A stretch of 64,000 nt of DNA, taken from Limisphaerales bacterium (GTDB lineage Bacteria > Verrucomicrobiota > Verrucomicrobiia > Limisphaerales > JBGAJN01). This document shows, one piece after another, positions 35,090-45,307 of this stretch. Location of the stretch: NCBI GenBank assembly GCA_044224905.1, contig JBGAJN010000002.1:642133-706132 (forward strand), read 5' to 3'. How positions within the stretch are numbered: position 1 is the stretch's first letter; the number at the start of each line of letters is the position of its first letter. Made by a program: the position numbers and the translations under genes. Below the pieces are notes generated by a model. The model saw only the letters and a program-made list of their open reading frames with translations, did not search any database and was not told where the DNA came from.

Positions 35090-36571
35090 TCACTTTTTCG
35101 ATTTGAAGGCGGGATTGGGCGTGGGCAACAACGCGCCCGTTTCCTTGCGCCACGCCGCCAAGCGCGTGTGAAGTTCGTCCACACGGGCGGGTTCACGCTG
35201 GGCGAGATTGGTTTGCTCGGACGGATCCGACTTGAGGTTGAACAATTCGCGCCGACCGTCCTCGAAATACTCCAGCAGCTTCCACTCGCCCGCACGCACG
35301 GCGCTGACTGGTGTGGTCGTCTCGTAATAATGCGGGTAGTGAAAGAAGAGCGCGTCGCGATTGAGGCACGCGGCGGGATTTTTCAGCAACGGCGCGAGAT
35401 CCATTCCATCCGCGTTCGCGTTCGCCGGTGCGAACGGCGCTCCGGCTGCTTTTAGCGTGTGAAACAAATCCATCACGACAACCGGCTCCGTGCATTCCGC
35501 ACCCGCCGGCGTGACGCCGGGCCAGCGTACGATGAGCGGGACTCGCATGCCGCCTTCGTGGAGTGCGCCCTTGCCCGAGCGCAGCGGTGAGTTGTTGGTC
35601 ACGGGTGTTTTCTGGCCGGATCGCTTGTCCGTGCCGATGTAACCGCCGTTGTCGCTGAGGAAAATGACAACGGTATTTTTGTCCAGGCCGCGTTTTTTCA
35701 AATGCTCCAGCATGCGACCGACGTTTTCGTCGAGGCTCTTCACCATCGCGGCGTAGACGGCGTTCTGGTGGTTCATGCCGGGGCGAAGTTTCTTTTCGAA
35801 ATACTTCACGTCTTCCGCCTTCGCTTCAATCGGCGTGTGCGGCGCGTGATGGGCGAGGTAGAGAAAGAATGGTTGCTTGCCGGTGTGATCAATGACGTTG
35901 AGCGCCTCGTCGGTGAGCCGGTCGGTGAGGTATTCGCCCGGTTTACCGAATTCCAAGTGCGGTACGTAGCGGAACTCCTCGCCGAATCGACCGGTCCCGC
36001 TGTACGGCCACCAGAAGGTTTGCGGTGCGCCCCAGTGCGTGCCGCCGATGTTCACGTCGAAGCCATGCGTCTCGGGAAAATGGTCCGCGTCACCCAGGTG
36101 CCATTTGCCAACCAGCGCCGTCAAATAACCGGCGTCGTGCAGATGCTTCGCGAGCGTCGTCTCCGTGTGCGGCAAATTGTGGAGTGAGTCTGCCTGCAAC
36201 AGCTTGCGGCCTTTGGGCCCGGCGAGCGAACCTTCCGCCCAGATCGTGATGTGCACCCGCGCCGCGTGCTTGCCGGTCATGAGCGCCGCGCGCGTCGGCG
36301 AACACACGGACATCGCGTAAGCTTGGGTGAAACGCACGCTCTCTTTAGCAAGCCGATCGATGTTCGGCGTCTCGTGCAAATCTGCGCCGTAGCAGCCCAG
36401 ATCGGACCAGCCGAGGTCGTCGGCCAAGATGAGCACAATGTTCGGCGGTCCCGCGCCGAAGCAGGGAGTTGTGAACGCCACGGTGAGAAGAAGGATCAGG
36501 TAGCTCAGTGCAAATCGAAGACGCAACTTTGCTTGGTCGAATCGGTCGTTCGCCAAATTTGTCGTGAGCAT
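35090..36571 (-). CDS. Sulfatase (arylsulfatase A family, formylglycine-dependent)
   Basis: PNIVLILADDLGWSDLGCYG, the CSPTR formylglycine motif (MSVCSPTRAALMTGK), GKWHLG and IFLSDNGG. Confidence 0.9.
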   Translation of the reverse strand: MLTTNLANDRFDQAKLRLRFALSYLILLLTVAFTTPCFGAGPPNIVLILADDLGWSDLGCYGADLHETPNIDRLAKESVRFTQAYAMSVCSPTRAALMTGKHAARVHITIWAEGSLAGPKGRKLLQADSLHNLPHTETTLAKHLHDAGYLTALVGKWHLGDADHFPETHGFDVNIGGTHWGAPQTFWWPYSGTGRFGEEFRYVPHLEFGKPGEYLTDRLTDEALNVIDHTGKQPFFLYLAHHAPHTPIEAKAEDVKYFEKKLRPGMNHQNAVYAAMVKSLDENVGRMLEHLKKRGLDKNTVVIFLSDNGGYIGTDKRSGQKTPVTNNSPLRSGKGALHEGGMRVPLIVRWPGVTPAGAECTEPVVVMDLFHTLKAAGAPFAPANANADGMDLAPLLKNPAACLNRDALFFHYPHYYETTTPVSAVRAGEWKLLEYFEDGRRELFNLKSDPSEQTNLAQREPARVDELHTRLAAWRKETGALLPTPNPAFKSKK

Positions 36572-36595
36572 TCTCGTCGAAGGCTTGGTCGGAGT

Positions 36596-37276
36596 TTACT
36601 TCACCGTCTGTTCAACGCTGAGGCGATCGAGAACTTCCTTGGGCGGACCGTCGAATTGCGTGAGCGGCACGTTCCCCGTGTAACCAAGCGCGTTCCATCC
36701 CTCCGGCGTCGCGTAGTATGCGCCCGCGGCGAGGCTGCGGAATTTTCCGAAGAACGACGCGGCTTTCTTGAACTGCGTCTTCGCCGTGGTCGTTGAGCAA
36801 ATATCGTCGCAGATCGCGTGCTTTTGTTCGTTGCTCAGATCGGTGAATATTCTTTTGAAACGCTTCTTCGCTTCGTCATCGAGCCACTTTAGGCCCGGCA
36901 GAATGGTATCGCGATCTTTCCGCTGCTCCGGGTAGGGAGCGCTGATCCATTCGTCGATGAAATCCTGAACGCGCACTTCGCTCGCCGCAGGTCCGAGAGG
37001 ATCGGCGGGAAGAACGACATCGGCGAGTGTGGTCGCCGCCTTGCGCTGTGCCGCGGTGAAGGTGAGCGGCCAAAAATCGCCCGGCTTGTAATAAGCAGAA
37101 ACGTTGGGATCGGTGCCGTAGCCTTTCGTCGCGGGCACGGGCGACGCGGCGCTGAATCCCACTTCGGGCATTTGTGACGCGACGGCCGCCGCGGCGAACC
37201 ATTTGAACACCGTGCGGCGCGGAAGGCGTTCGCCACTGATTGCGGAACGCTGATTACCGATGGCTTCTTCTTTCAC
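36596..37276 (-). CDS. Gluconate 2-dehydrogenase subunit 3-family protein (Tat-signal small subunit of the GMC enzyme)
   Basis: A GTG start at 37276 overlaps the GMC stop (GTGA). The longer ORF start at 37324 would overlap by 52 nt. Twin-arginine leader LPRRTVFKWFAAAAVA. Typical FIDEWISAPYP segment. Confidence 0.6.
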   Translation of the reverse strand: MKEEAIGNQRSAISGERLPRRTVFKWFAAAAVASQMPEVGFSAASPVPATKGYGTDPNVSAYYKPGDFWPLTFTAAQRKAATTLADVVLPADPLGPAASEVRVQDFIDEWISAPYPEQRKDRDTILPGLKWLDDEAKKRFKRIFTDLSNEQKHAICDDICSTTTAKTQFKKAASFFGKFRSLAAGAYYATPEGWNALGYTGNVPLTQFDGPPKEVLDRLSVEQTVK

Positions 37277-39072
37277 AGATTTCCTTTCCGCGCTTGTTCG
37301 ACGATGTAATCGCCCGTGCGCCACGCCAGCGCCATGATGGTGAGCGTGGGATTTTTGTCGGCGTTCGATGCGAACGGTGCCGCGTCGTTAATGAAGAGAT
37401 TTTTCACATCCCAGGTTTGATTCCAGCTGTTGCACACGGACTTTTTGGCGTCCGCGCCGATCAATGCGCCGCCGACCTCGTGAATGATTTTTCCGCCGGC
37501 TTCAATCGCATCGCGGCCCGTGCGTCCTTTGCGCGTGCGTACCGTGCCGCCCATCGCTTCGATGATGGACGTGTAAGTCTGAATGGAGTGCTCGACCATT
37601 TTCAGTTCCTGCTCGCTCCATTTCCAATGCCAGCGCAGCACGGGAATGCCCCACTTGTCCTTCACGGTCGGGTCTAGTTCCGCGAATGAGCCTTCGTTCG
37701 GAATCATTTCACCGCGGCACGTGTAGCCAACGATCGATCCGTAGTAACGCCGCGCGGCTTCCTTAAACTTCGTGCCATACGCGCCGCGCCCGAGATCGTC
37801 CGACAACGGATTCTTGCCCGAGGGCATGTGACGCGAGCCGTTGAACTCCGTGTGGTAACCGCGTGCGAAGTTCAGCTTGCCCGCGTGCTGTTCCTTGTAG
37901 AGCCACCAAGGAATATACATGTGCGGGCCGCCCGCGCCGTCTTCGTTGTGCGGCGGAATGTTTTCCAGTGCGGGAATCTGTCCCGACACCGATGCGCCGA
38001 CGGAGTCCATGATGTATTTGCCGACGAGTCCGCTGGAATTCGCGAGGCCGTGCTTGAAGTGAGCGCTCTTTGAGTTGAGCAAAATGCGGACGGTCTCGCC
38101 GCTGCTGGCGGCGAGCACCACGGCCTTGGCTTTCACGCGTTCCTCGCGACCGGTCGTCTTGTCGATGTAGAGCACGCCGTTGGCTTTGCCGTCTTTGCCG
38201 AGCGTGACTTCGCGTGCGTGGGCGTTCGGAATGATGTCGAGGTTGCCCGTCGCGAGCGCGGGCGGGAGGTGCACCGTGGTGCTCTGGTAATTCGCGCGAA
38301 TGTTGCAGCCGCGATGGCAGTCTGTGGCCCAGAAACACGCGGCGCGCGCACGCATCGACTCGGCGACGATCTTCTGCGCCAGCGCATTTCCCGGATGCAA
38401 CTTCGCCGGGATCGTGTCGGCATCGAGTTGTTTTGTGAGCACGGCGCGGTGGATGGAAATCACGGGAACGCCGAGCTTCTTCGCGTGCTTCTGCGTGAGC
38501 AGTTCGGACGCGCGCGCTTTCGGTGCGGGCAAGAGCACTCCCGGCGGCGAATCCGGCGTGTTCTCCATGCCTTCGTTCGTACCGTAAACGCCGACAAGCA
38601 TTTCAACCTTCGTGTAATACGGCTCTACGTCCTCGTAGCTGATCGGCCAGTCGAACCCGAGCCCGTCGCGACTGCGCGGTTTGAAATCATACGGCCCGTT
38701 GCGCAGCGACATGCGGCCCCAGTGATTCGTGCGGCCGCCAAGCATGCGCGGACGCCACCAGTAAAATTGTTCCTCCGGCTTCGTGCTCGCTTGGGTGTAG
38801 GGCTCGTCGGGAATCTGCCAGCCACCGTCAATCGTTGCGTCGGAGAAGCCGCCTTGCTTGTCGGGAGTCGCGACGCCGAGTAGCGGCATTTGATCCGGTC
38901 GTTGAAACATCGATGTCTCGGAGCCGGGATCGTACGCGCGTCCCGCTTCGAGCATCACGCACTTCAAACCGGCGAGCGTGAGCGTGTAAGCCATCTGTCC
39001 GCCGCCCGCGCCCGAGCCAACGATGGCGACGTCGTATTCGGTTTTCGATTTGGAACTGGTGATGATCGGCAT
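37273..39072 (-). CDS. GMC-family FAD-dependent oxidoreductase
   Basis: FAD fingerprint YDVAIVGSGAGGGQMAYTLTLAGLKCVMLEAG and the C-terminal GMC segment NLFINDAAPFASNADKNPTLTIMALAWR. Confidence 0.85.
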   Translation of the reverse strand: MPIITSSKSKTEYDVAIVGSGAGGGQMAYTLTLAGLKCVMLEAGRAYDPGSETSMFQRPDQMPLLGVATPDKQGGFSDATIDGGWQIPDEPYTQASTKPEEQFYWWRPRMLGGRTNHWGRMSLRNGPYDFKPRSRDGLGFDWPISYEDVEPYYTKVEMLVGVYGTNEGMENTPDSPPGVLLPAPKARASELLTQKHAKKLGVPVISIHRAVLTKQLDADTIPAKLHPGNALAQKIVAESMRARAACFWATDCHRGCNIRANYQSTTVHLPPALATGNLDIIPNAHAREVTLGKDGKANGVLYIDKTTGREERVKAKAVVLAASSGETVRILLNSKSAHFKHGLANSSGLVGKYIMDSVGASVSGQIPALENIPPHNEDGAGGPHMYIPWWLYKEQHAGKLNFARGYHTEFNGSRHMPSGKNPLSDDLGRGAYGTKFKEAARRYYGSIVGYTCRGEMIPNEGSFAELDPTVKDKWGIPVLRWHWKWSEQELKMVEHSIQTYTSIIEAMGGTVRTRKGRTGRDAIEAGGKIIHEVGGALIGADAKKSVCNSWNQTWDVKNLFINDAAPFASNADKNPTLTIMALAWRTGDYIVEQARKGNL

Positions 39073-39248
39073 GGTGAATGGAGCGCGACGATATCAACCG
39101 TTCGAGGGCGATTCACGAAAAACTTACTGCACTAAACGTAGACTGCAGCAGAGAAGCCCGCGAATGGGAATTCGAGCTCCGTGGGAATAAACTGCTGCGG
39201 TTTCGAGGTCCGCCGACTTCCGCGAATGCGGCCAGAATTACGATCTCG

Positions 39249-42200
39249 TCAAAACGGGTTGCCGTTTTCTTTGAAGAGTATTTTGAAATCGAGGTTGAAA
39301 GCGTCGCTGCCGGTGTTGCCATTCGGACCGAAGCAAACGTAGATGGTATCGCCGCTGGTGAGGTAGCCGACATTAAGCATAAAATTAAGCGTGCTGGCCT
39401 GCGGATAGAATTGTTCGTACTGCTTGGTGAAATTCGTGCCGCCATTGGTGTCCGTGAAGATGAGCAACTGTCCTCCGTTGCCGTTGGTGCTGGGGACGGT
39501 AACGAAGCCGTTGGTGATCGCGTAGTAACCGGGCCATTTTGCCTGATACGCGGCGATTGCGTAACGGTCGAAGCCGCCAGCTTGAGCGGCGCCATTGCCG
39601 GGGTTTCCGGAGGTCGAAGTGAGTCGGCCCCAACCGAAGTCGCTGGAGTTGTCCGGACGGGCGGGGGTGCCGTTGGCGGAATATAGGTTCAGCGCGGGGC
39701 TCCAGTTCAGGAGGTGATAATTGGCACGGTTCGAGACACTCCCGGCGGCGTTCCATTCGTAAGTCCAACCGGGCGTGGGTGAAAATGGGCGGAAGTCGTC
39801 GCGGTAACCGGCGACGACGCGTGCTGTGTTGGCGGTGACCATGTTGAAGGCCTGCGTCACCGCGAGTCCGAACGACGGCGTCGCCACGACCGAATGTAAC
39901 CCGGCGCTGAAAGTGGTGCCGACATAGGGAGAATTGGTGGTGCCCAACAAGGTGAATGGTGGTCGGCTCTTATTGTTGGTGGCGCCGGCATCAAGTTTCA
40001 TGACCACGCTGCCTTGAGCCGAGTCCAGGTTCGCGCGGATCGTAAAGTTGGTTGTCCCGAGCCGGGCCGGATCGACGAGTGTGCCGTTGGTGATAGAAAG
40101 AAGATCTTGCTGGGTGCCCGCATTGAGCAACGTAAATGTCCGAACGGCGACTGAATTGCTGAAGGTGGGCAAGGTCCACACGTCAATCACTTGACCTGTG
40201 TAGGGAAGATTCGTAGCGACGGTGGGGAGGCCGGTGGCGGGCACCAGACCGGCGGGGATTTTTCCAAACACGCGCCGGAAGGGTTGCATTGGCTGGCGGC
40301 GATCATCCTGGGAGGCGATGGGCGTGTCGAGCGTGATGGCCGTGAGATCAAGCCCGCCGTCGGCGCCGCCGACGTGGCAGGTGAGGCAGAAGGAATTGGC
40401 CGCCGAATGTGGACGCGGGGCGTTGTGGAAGAGTGGTCCCTCGGGGAAGTGCACGCTCTTGCGTAACGAGATGGTGCCCGCGGGCAAGTTGCCCAGATGC
40501 GCTCCTTTGTCCGCACGGTAATCGTGAAAGCTCGCATACCGCGGAAAGTTGGTTTCACCCTGGTTCCGGAGAAAAGTGCTGATTTCGTCGTGTGCCCATT
40601 GAGGATAGCGATCCGCGAAACGTGTCTTCCACTCGTTGGTGTAGGTGGAGGGAAGGCCGATAAGTGTGCCCCCGGCGTGGTTGCAAGCAGTCTCGAAATC
40701 CACCGCGTGCGCGAAGATTTTGAAGTCGTCTACCCAGCCGCGAAAACCGTTGGTGAGGCTGACGTTTGTCTGGCCCAATGTCAGTGTGCCTGGCGTCAAA
40801 TGAAACAAGGACGAGTATTGGTCACTCCATCGGTTGTAAAGCAGCCCGTCGAGATGGAGGTCAACTTCGCTTCCGCTTTTACGAATCTGAAAACCCAAGT
40901 GAGCCCAGTCGCGGTCGGGGAACAAATCATCGAGCGCCGAGGGGGGGGCGTTGGTTACCAGCGTCGGCAAAACAACGCGGTTCAGCACCGTGCCGTTGGC
41001 GTCGCGATAAAGGACCTGATTGCGACCGCGCAGCCAGATGCTGCTCGTATCGGGAAAGGTCAATAGGGTTCGTTCTGTGGCGTCGTCGACGAAACGACAG
41101 TCCACAAACACGCCGACGTACCAGTCCTTGGCGAGAACGTTCTGGGGCTGGTTCGTGATGGAGAATTGCAATCCGTTGGAGCCGGTCAGCCAAAGTCCTT
41201 TGCCGTAGAATCCGCCGGTCGCTGCAGGTTCCAGTCGCCCGCCGCCGGTGAGCAATCCGTGCGCGGGAATGATCCAACGATTGGTCGTGGCGGTGGCGGC
41301 GTTTTGCAACCAAACCGGCAGGTTGAACTGCTTGTTGGTTGTGTTCCAGCCGCTGCGATAGGCGAACGATTTTTTGGCCGTCGTGTTGGTGATGGAGAAG
41401 TCATAGCTCGCCACTCCCGCCATGTTGGCAACAATGAAGCCGTCCGGATCCACGTAGTCGTCGAACGCCAGATCATCCGTCTGCTTGCCGTTGCTCATCG
41501 TCCAAACCACGTCGCGAATGGTGAGGGGCACGGCGAAGGTTTGATAATTAAATATGTTTTCCAACGAATCGATGATCGTGGTGTTGATGTTGTCGCCGCT
41601 GGGAAGCCGGTTGTTGGCGCGGCCAGCGCCGAGACGAATCCAGCCGGATTCGTTGTTGAAGGGGCCGCTGTTGGTCTCGAACAAGTGGACCATCCGTTCA
41701 GAGCCGGATGGAAACGAGGCGTCTCCCACCGCGTAGTCCATGTCATTGTTGAGATTGTCGATCATCACCATTTTTCCGTGGCTCCAGAGGCCGAGGAAGC
41801 AAACGCCCCGTGTGTTGCCGCCGTCCTCGCCGGCGGTGTAGTTGGGCGTTTCTCCCGGGGTGCCGGTTTGTTCGTATCGGCTGTTGGTCCAGTTCGTCAC
41901 CCCATTTGTAACTACGGAGTAGTGCAAAGTGTCGCCTACGGAAGTGAAGAACAAATTCTTGGCGTGCCGATCCATCCACGGATATGTGCCCTCCAAATCC
42001 TCGCCATCTGGAATTAGTTTTCCGTCCGCATCTCGAAACGGCGCCATGGCGAACCCGAACTTTTGGTTGATGCGCGAATCGAACGGCGCGTGGGTTATGG
42101 GGATCAAATTCGTCCACATGAGAGGATTGGCAGGGGCGGTATTGGTTGTGCCATCGTCCACGTAGTAGGAGTACGCAATGTCGGTGCTTTGCGCCTGCCT

Positions 42201-42959
42201 GTTGGTGTTCAGGTCGGGATCGTACCAGGGCAAGCTCGCACCGGATACGCGCAATATCAGCAAGCGCCCGTCACCAACAATCACGGGTTCGAACATTTCT
42301 GCGCCAAAGGTGAAGACGGGGCCGCCCACGGTTGGACCCGACTTGGTAATCGAACTAATGAACGCGCTGGAGGTTTTGGCGTTCGTCACTGCCACGCGCA
42401 CGGGTGTGACAAACAATTGCACCCGATTCGGTAATGCCGAGTAACTGAAGATAGCGAGCACCTTCAGGTTATAGACATCCTCGCCATTGACGACGGTGGG
42501 GTTGTTCGTTACGCCCGCGACATTGATTGCAGGTGTGGGGTCGTATAGCGCGCAGTGGCTGATGTTCCCGTCGCCTGGCGCGGCGTTGTAAAAGTTTGTC
42601 GCGTGAGCCGAAATCGTCCCGAGCGAATATCCGTCGAGGTATTCATAGTTCGTCGCGCTCATGGTGCGGGAGCTGGCGGGGTTGAGGAGTGTGAAGTTGG
42701 TCAACTTCTCCGGCATCATCAGGCAAAACTCCGCGGAGCCCTTTACTCTCAGCCCTACGCGACCGTCCGCGGTGGTGCGAAACGCCGGAATATGTGGGCG
42801 CGTGTGCACGGGGTTGCTGCCTACACCGTTTGTCAGGACACTATTGGTGACCCCGGTAACCTCGCGCCAAATTGCGGGAGATTCAGGAAGCGCCGTCTGT
42901 GAAAACACGCTGGAGGGGATGGCGATCAGAATAGCACCGACGAACAGGATATAGTTCAT
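39249..42959 (-). CDS. Very large secreted protein with a LamG-like (concanavalin-type) domain and one CxxCH motif
   Basis: 1236-aa ORF with a signal peptide (ILFVGAILIAIPSSVFS). The LamG-type ending LTNGFRGWVDDFKIFAH is followed by NSFCLTCHVGGADGGLDLT, which matches the PVC cytochrome-like motif. The rest was not recognised. Confidence 0.6.
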   Translation of the reverse strand: MNYILFVGAILIAIPSSVFSQTALPESPAIWREVTGVTNSVLTNGVGSNPVHTRPHIPAFRTTADGRVGLRVKGSAEFCLMMPEKLTNFTLLNPASSRTMSATNYEYLDGYSLGTISAHATNFYNAAPGDGNISHCALYDPTPAINVAGVTNNPTVVNGEDVYNLKVLAIFSYSALPNRVQLFVTPVRVAVTNAKTSSAFISSITKSGPTVGGPVFTFGAEMFEPVIVGDGRLLILRVSGASLPWYDPDLNTNRQAQSTDIAYSYYVDDGTTNTAPANPLMWTNLIPITHAPFDSRINQKFGFAMAPFRDADGKLIPDGEDLEGTYPWMDRHAKNLFFTSVGDTLHYSVVTNGVTNWTNSRYEQTGTPGETPNYTAGEDGGNTRGVCFLGLWSHGKMVMIDNLNNDMDYAVGDASFPSGSERMVHLFETNSGPFNNESGWIRLGAGRANNRLPSGDNINTTIIDSLENIFNYQTFAVPLTIRDVVWTMSNGKQTDDLAFDDYVDPDGFIVANMAGVASYDFSITNTTAKKSFAYRSGWNTTNKQFNLPVWLQNAATATTNRWIIPAHGLLTGGGRLEPAATGGFYGKGLWLTGSNGLQFSITNQPQNVLAKDWYVGVFVDCRFVDDATERTLLTFPDTSSIWLRGRNQVLYRDANGTVLNRVVLPTLVTNAPPSALDDLFPDRDWAHLGFQIRKSGSEVDLHLDGLLYNRWSDQYSSLFHLTPGTLTLGQTNVSLTNGFRGWVDDFKIFAHAVDFETACNHAGGTLIGLPSTYTNEWKTRFADRYPQWAHDEISTFLRNQGETNFPRYASFHDYRADKGAHLGNLPAGTISLRKSVHFPEGPLFHNAPRPHSAANSFCLTCHVGGADGGLDLTAITLDTPIASQDDRRQPMQPFRRVFGKIPAGLVPATGLPTVATNLPYTGQVIDVWTLPTFSNSVAVRTFTLLNAGTQQDLLSITNGTLVDPARLGTTNFTIRANLDSAQGSVVMKLDAGATNNKSRPPFTLLGTTNSPYVGTTFSAGLHSVVATPSFGLAVTQAFNMVTANTARVVAGYRDDFRPFSPTPGWTYEWNAAGSVSNRANYHLLNWSPALNLYSANGTPARPDNSSDFGWGRLTSTSGNPGNGAAQAGGFDRYAIAAYQAKWPGYYAITNGFVTVPSTNGNGGQLLIFTDTNGGTNFTKQYEQFYPQASTLNFMLNVGYLTSGDTIYVCFGPNGNTGSDAFNLDFKILFKENGNPF

Positions 42960-43030
42960 GATGAGTGTGCGGTTGGGATTGCGCGCTCATATATAAGCCG
43001 TCCGGCCTTCGATTTCTTGAAGGCTTCGTC

Positions 43031-44026
43031 TTATTTTTTGAATATTTCGCCCGGCTCCACCCACGCGTCGTGATGCTTGCGGTACGCGAGCGGGGATATC
43101 TGATGCTTCTGTTTGAACAAGCGCTGAAGGTGGCTCTGGTCCGAAAAGCCCGTCCGGTGTGCAATCTCCGCCACGCTGTCGTCGCTTTCACGCAGGAGCC
43201 GCGCGGCCCGTTCGAGCCGAAGATCTCTCAGGTAATCACCAAATCCCCAGCCGGTTGTTTCTTTGAAAAAAACGCGGAACCGGCCGGTGCTCATTCCGAC
43301 CGCTTTGGCGACCTCGGGCTGAGGAAGAGTGCGGTGACAGTGAACAGAAACATATTCCAAAGCCCGCTGAAGTCTCGCCTCGCGGTGGGTTCGAGCGGAC
43401 GAACCTTCCCTGGGTGGCGATGCCTCTTTCGAGACTGCGTTTCCCAAATGAAAGAGAAGCTCCAACAGGTGAAGTTTGAGCCCCGCGAGTCTCGTAGCCG
43501 ATGGAGGTTGTTCAAACCAGGCGCGGCAGAAATGCAGCAGCGCACAATGTATTCGGCCTGCGGCGGGATGCTCGGCAGCCAGTCGAGGCAATGCCCTTTC
43601 CGGACGTCCCTGCCACGCGTCCAAAAACTTTCGATCCACCGGCGACTCCGTCGGCGCGATAGCTGCGGCTGGAAAGTGGACCACTAGTGCCGTGTGAGAA
43701 GTTTCCATCCGCGTGACCCCATGGATTTTCAGAGGATCAACGATGACCAGATCGCCGGAGCTGAACGGGAAAACTGAACTTCCAACCCGCACTTCACCGC
43801 GACCGCTGAGAGCGACGAAAAATTCGTAGTAGTCGTGCCAGTGCATCCAATTATCCCCAACCAATCGCCGGTGGTCAGGATACTCTTGAATGCCGACGCG
43901 CAGGGGCAGGTCAGTGGGGAACTCTCGTGCGAGGTAGCGACGGCCATCGATGCGCCCTTCCCAGATAAAGCGCTCCCGCTTTTGCTTTGCCAAAAAGGCC
44001 AGCATTTCCCGCGTGTCGTGGTTCAT
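43031..44026 (-). CDS. AraC-family transcriptional regulator (cupin sensor + HTH)
   Basis: N-terminal cupin (HWHDYYEFFVALSGRGEVRVG). C-terminal HTH ...SVAEIAHRTGFSDQSHLQRLFKQKHQISPLAYRK. It lies directly upstream of the 1236-aa gene on the same strand. Confidence 0.85.
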   Translation of the reverse strand: MNHDTREMLAFLAKQKRERFIWEGRIDGRRYLAREFPTDLPLRVGIQEYPDHRRLVGDNWMHWHDYYEFFVALSGRGEVRVGSSVFPFSSGDLVIVDPLKIHGVTRMETSHTALVVHFPAAAIAPTESPVDRKFLDAWQGRPERALPRLAAEHPAAGRIHCALLHFCRAWFEQPPSATRLAGLKLHLLELLFHLGNAVSKEASPPREGSSARTHREARLQRALEYVSVHCHRTLPQPEVAKAVGMSTGRFRVFFKETTGWGFGDYLRDLRLERAARLLRESDDSVAEIAHRTGFSDQSHLQRLFKQKHQISPLAYRKHHDAWVEPGEIFKK

Positions 44027-44164
44027 GGGGCACCGAATTCAAACACGACGCTATCAGGTCCCGCAAGATTTGATGGAATTCGCGGACTTCCGCGCAGCTC
44101 AATACGGCGATCGAACAATCATCGAGCGCTCGATGATTTCCGAATGCCTTTGAGGCCGGCTCGG

Positions 44165-44947
44165 TTACTTGATGCCGTGAGAAATCTTTGGGCCGATGGT
44201 ATGGCCACCGTCGCACACGAGCGTGTGACCGGTGATCATGTCGGCGGAGATCAGGGCGAGGATTGCGGCGGCGATATCGTCAGGCGTTGAGACTTTTCCG
44301 AGCAAGGCTTGTGCGGCTTTGGCTTGCTTGGCGGCTTCGTAATCCGCGCCGAGCCCGTTGCGCAACCATTCACCTTCGATGAATCCGGGTGCGACGGCAT
44401 TGACGCGAATCTTCGGTCCCAGCGTGCGTGCGAGTGAAAGCGTGAGATTGATTACGCCCGCTTTCGAAGCGCAGTAAGGAATGGAACTTCCCGCGCCGGT
44501 GATGCCAGCCACGCTTGCGACACTCACAATGACTCCGTCGCCGCTCGCCTCGAGGTAAGGTCGCGCGGCGCGTGCGCATTGGAATGGGCCCTTGAGATTC
44601 GTGGCAAAGATGCTCGACCAATCGGCATCCGTGACCGCGTCGAGATCCGGGAAGTTGATGAAGCGCGTTGTGCCGGCGTTGTTGACGAGAATGTCGAGTC
44701 GTCCGAATTCATTCGCGGCGCGTTCCATCATGCCGCGGCACACGTTGTCGTCGGCCACACTGCCTTGGAAGCTGATCGCACGTCCGCCGAGCGCGGCGAT
44801 CTCGTCGGCCGTTTCCTCAGCGGCGCGATGCGACGTGTTGTAATTGATCAGGACCGAGCAGCCACCGCGTGCGAGCGCGAGTGCGGTGGCGCGACCGACG
44901 CCACGTGCGGCACCGGTAACTACAGCAGCTTTTCCTTGGAGGTTCAT
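44165..44947 (-). CDS. SDR-family oxidoreductase (FabG-like)
   Basis: GKAAVVTGAARGVGRA, NNAG and the catalytic YCASKAG motif. Confidence 0.9.
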   Translation of the reverse strand: MNLQGKAAVVTGAARGVGRATALALARGGCSVLINYNTSHRAAEETADEIAALGGRAISFQGSVADDNVCRGMMERAANEFGRLDILVNNAGTTRFINFPDLDAVTDADWSSIFATNLKGPFQCARAARPYLEASGDGVIVSVASVAGITGAGSSIPYCASKAGVINLTLSLARTLGPKIRVNAVAPGFIEGEWLRNGLGADYEAAKQAKAAQALLGKVSTPDDIAAAILALISADMITGHTLVCDGGHTIGPKISHGIK

Positions 44948-45005
44948 GCGAGATGGTTGGCGGTGAACTTGAAAACGAGGTTGAGCTGCGTTTTCACGCG
45001 TCGTT

Positions 45006-45272
45006 TCAGTTGCGGCGAAAGCGCTCCGGTGTGCCGGTGAGCAACGGAGAGGTCAACTTGAGATACTCCTTCGCCGCGACGGCGAAGGATTCCTCGGTGC
45101 TGGCGCTGATGTCTTGCAACAGATCCATGATGTCACGCTGTTCGTGCGGCGGCATTTCGAGTGCGAACATCGCGTTGCGCGCCCATTCAAGAACGTCCGC
45201 GTAACTCAGCCGACCGTCGAGGTACGCTGCAATCTGCGCCGAGCAATCGCTCATGGTGATGCGGTTCAACAT
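45006..45272 (-). CDS. Small hypothetical protein (88 aa; 82 aa if started at 45254)
   Basis: Only the 3' part of ORF 45006..45494 is free of overlap with the DUF1080 gene. An internal ATG at 45272 gives MLNRITMSDCSAQIAAYLDGRLSYADVLEWARNAMF... Third-position GC is high, like the neighbours. No family was recognised. Confidence 0.4.
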   Translation of the reverse strand: MLNRITMSDCSAQIAAYLDGRLSYADVLEWARNAMFALEMPPHEQRDIMDLLQDISASTEESFAVAAKEYLKLTSPLLTGTPERFRRN

Positions 45273-45307
45273 TATCGAATGCGCGGGCGGATCGCTCGCA
45301 TGGTGAC

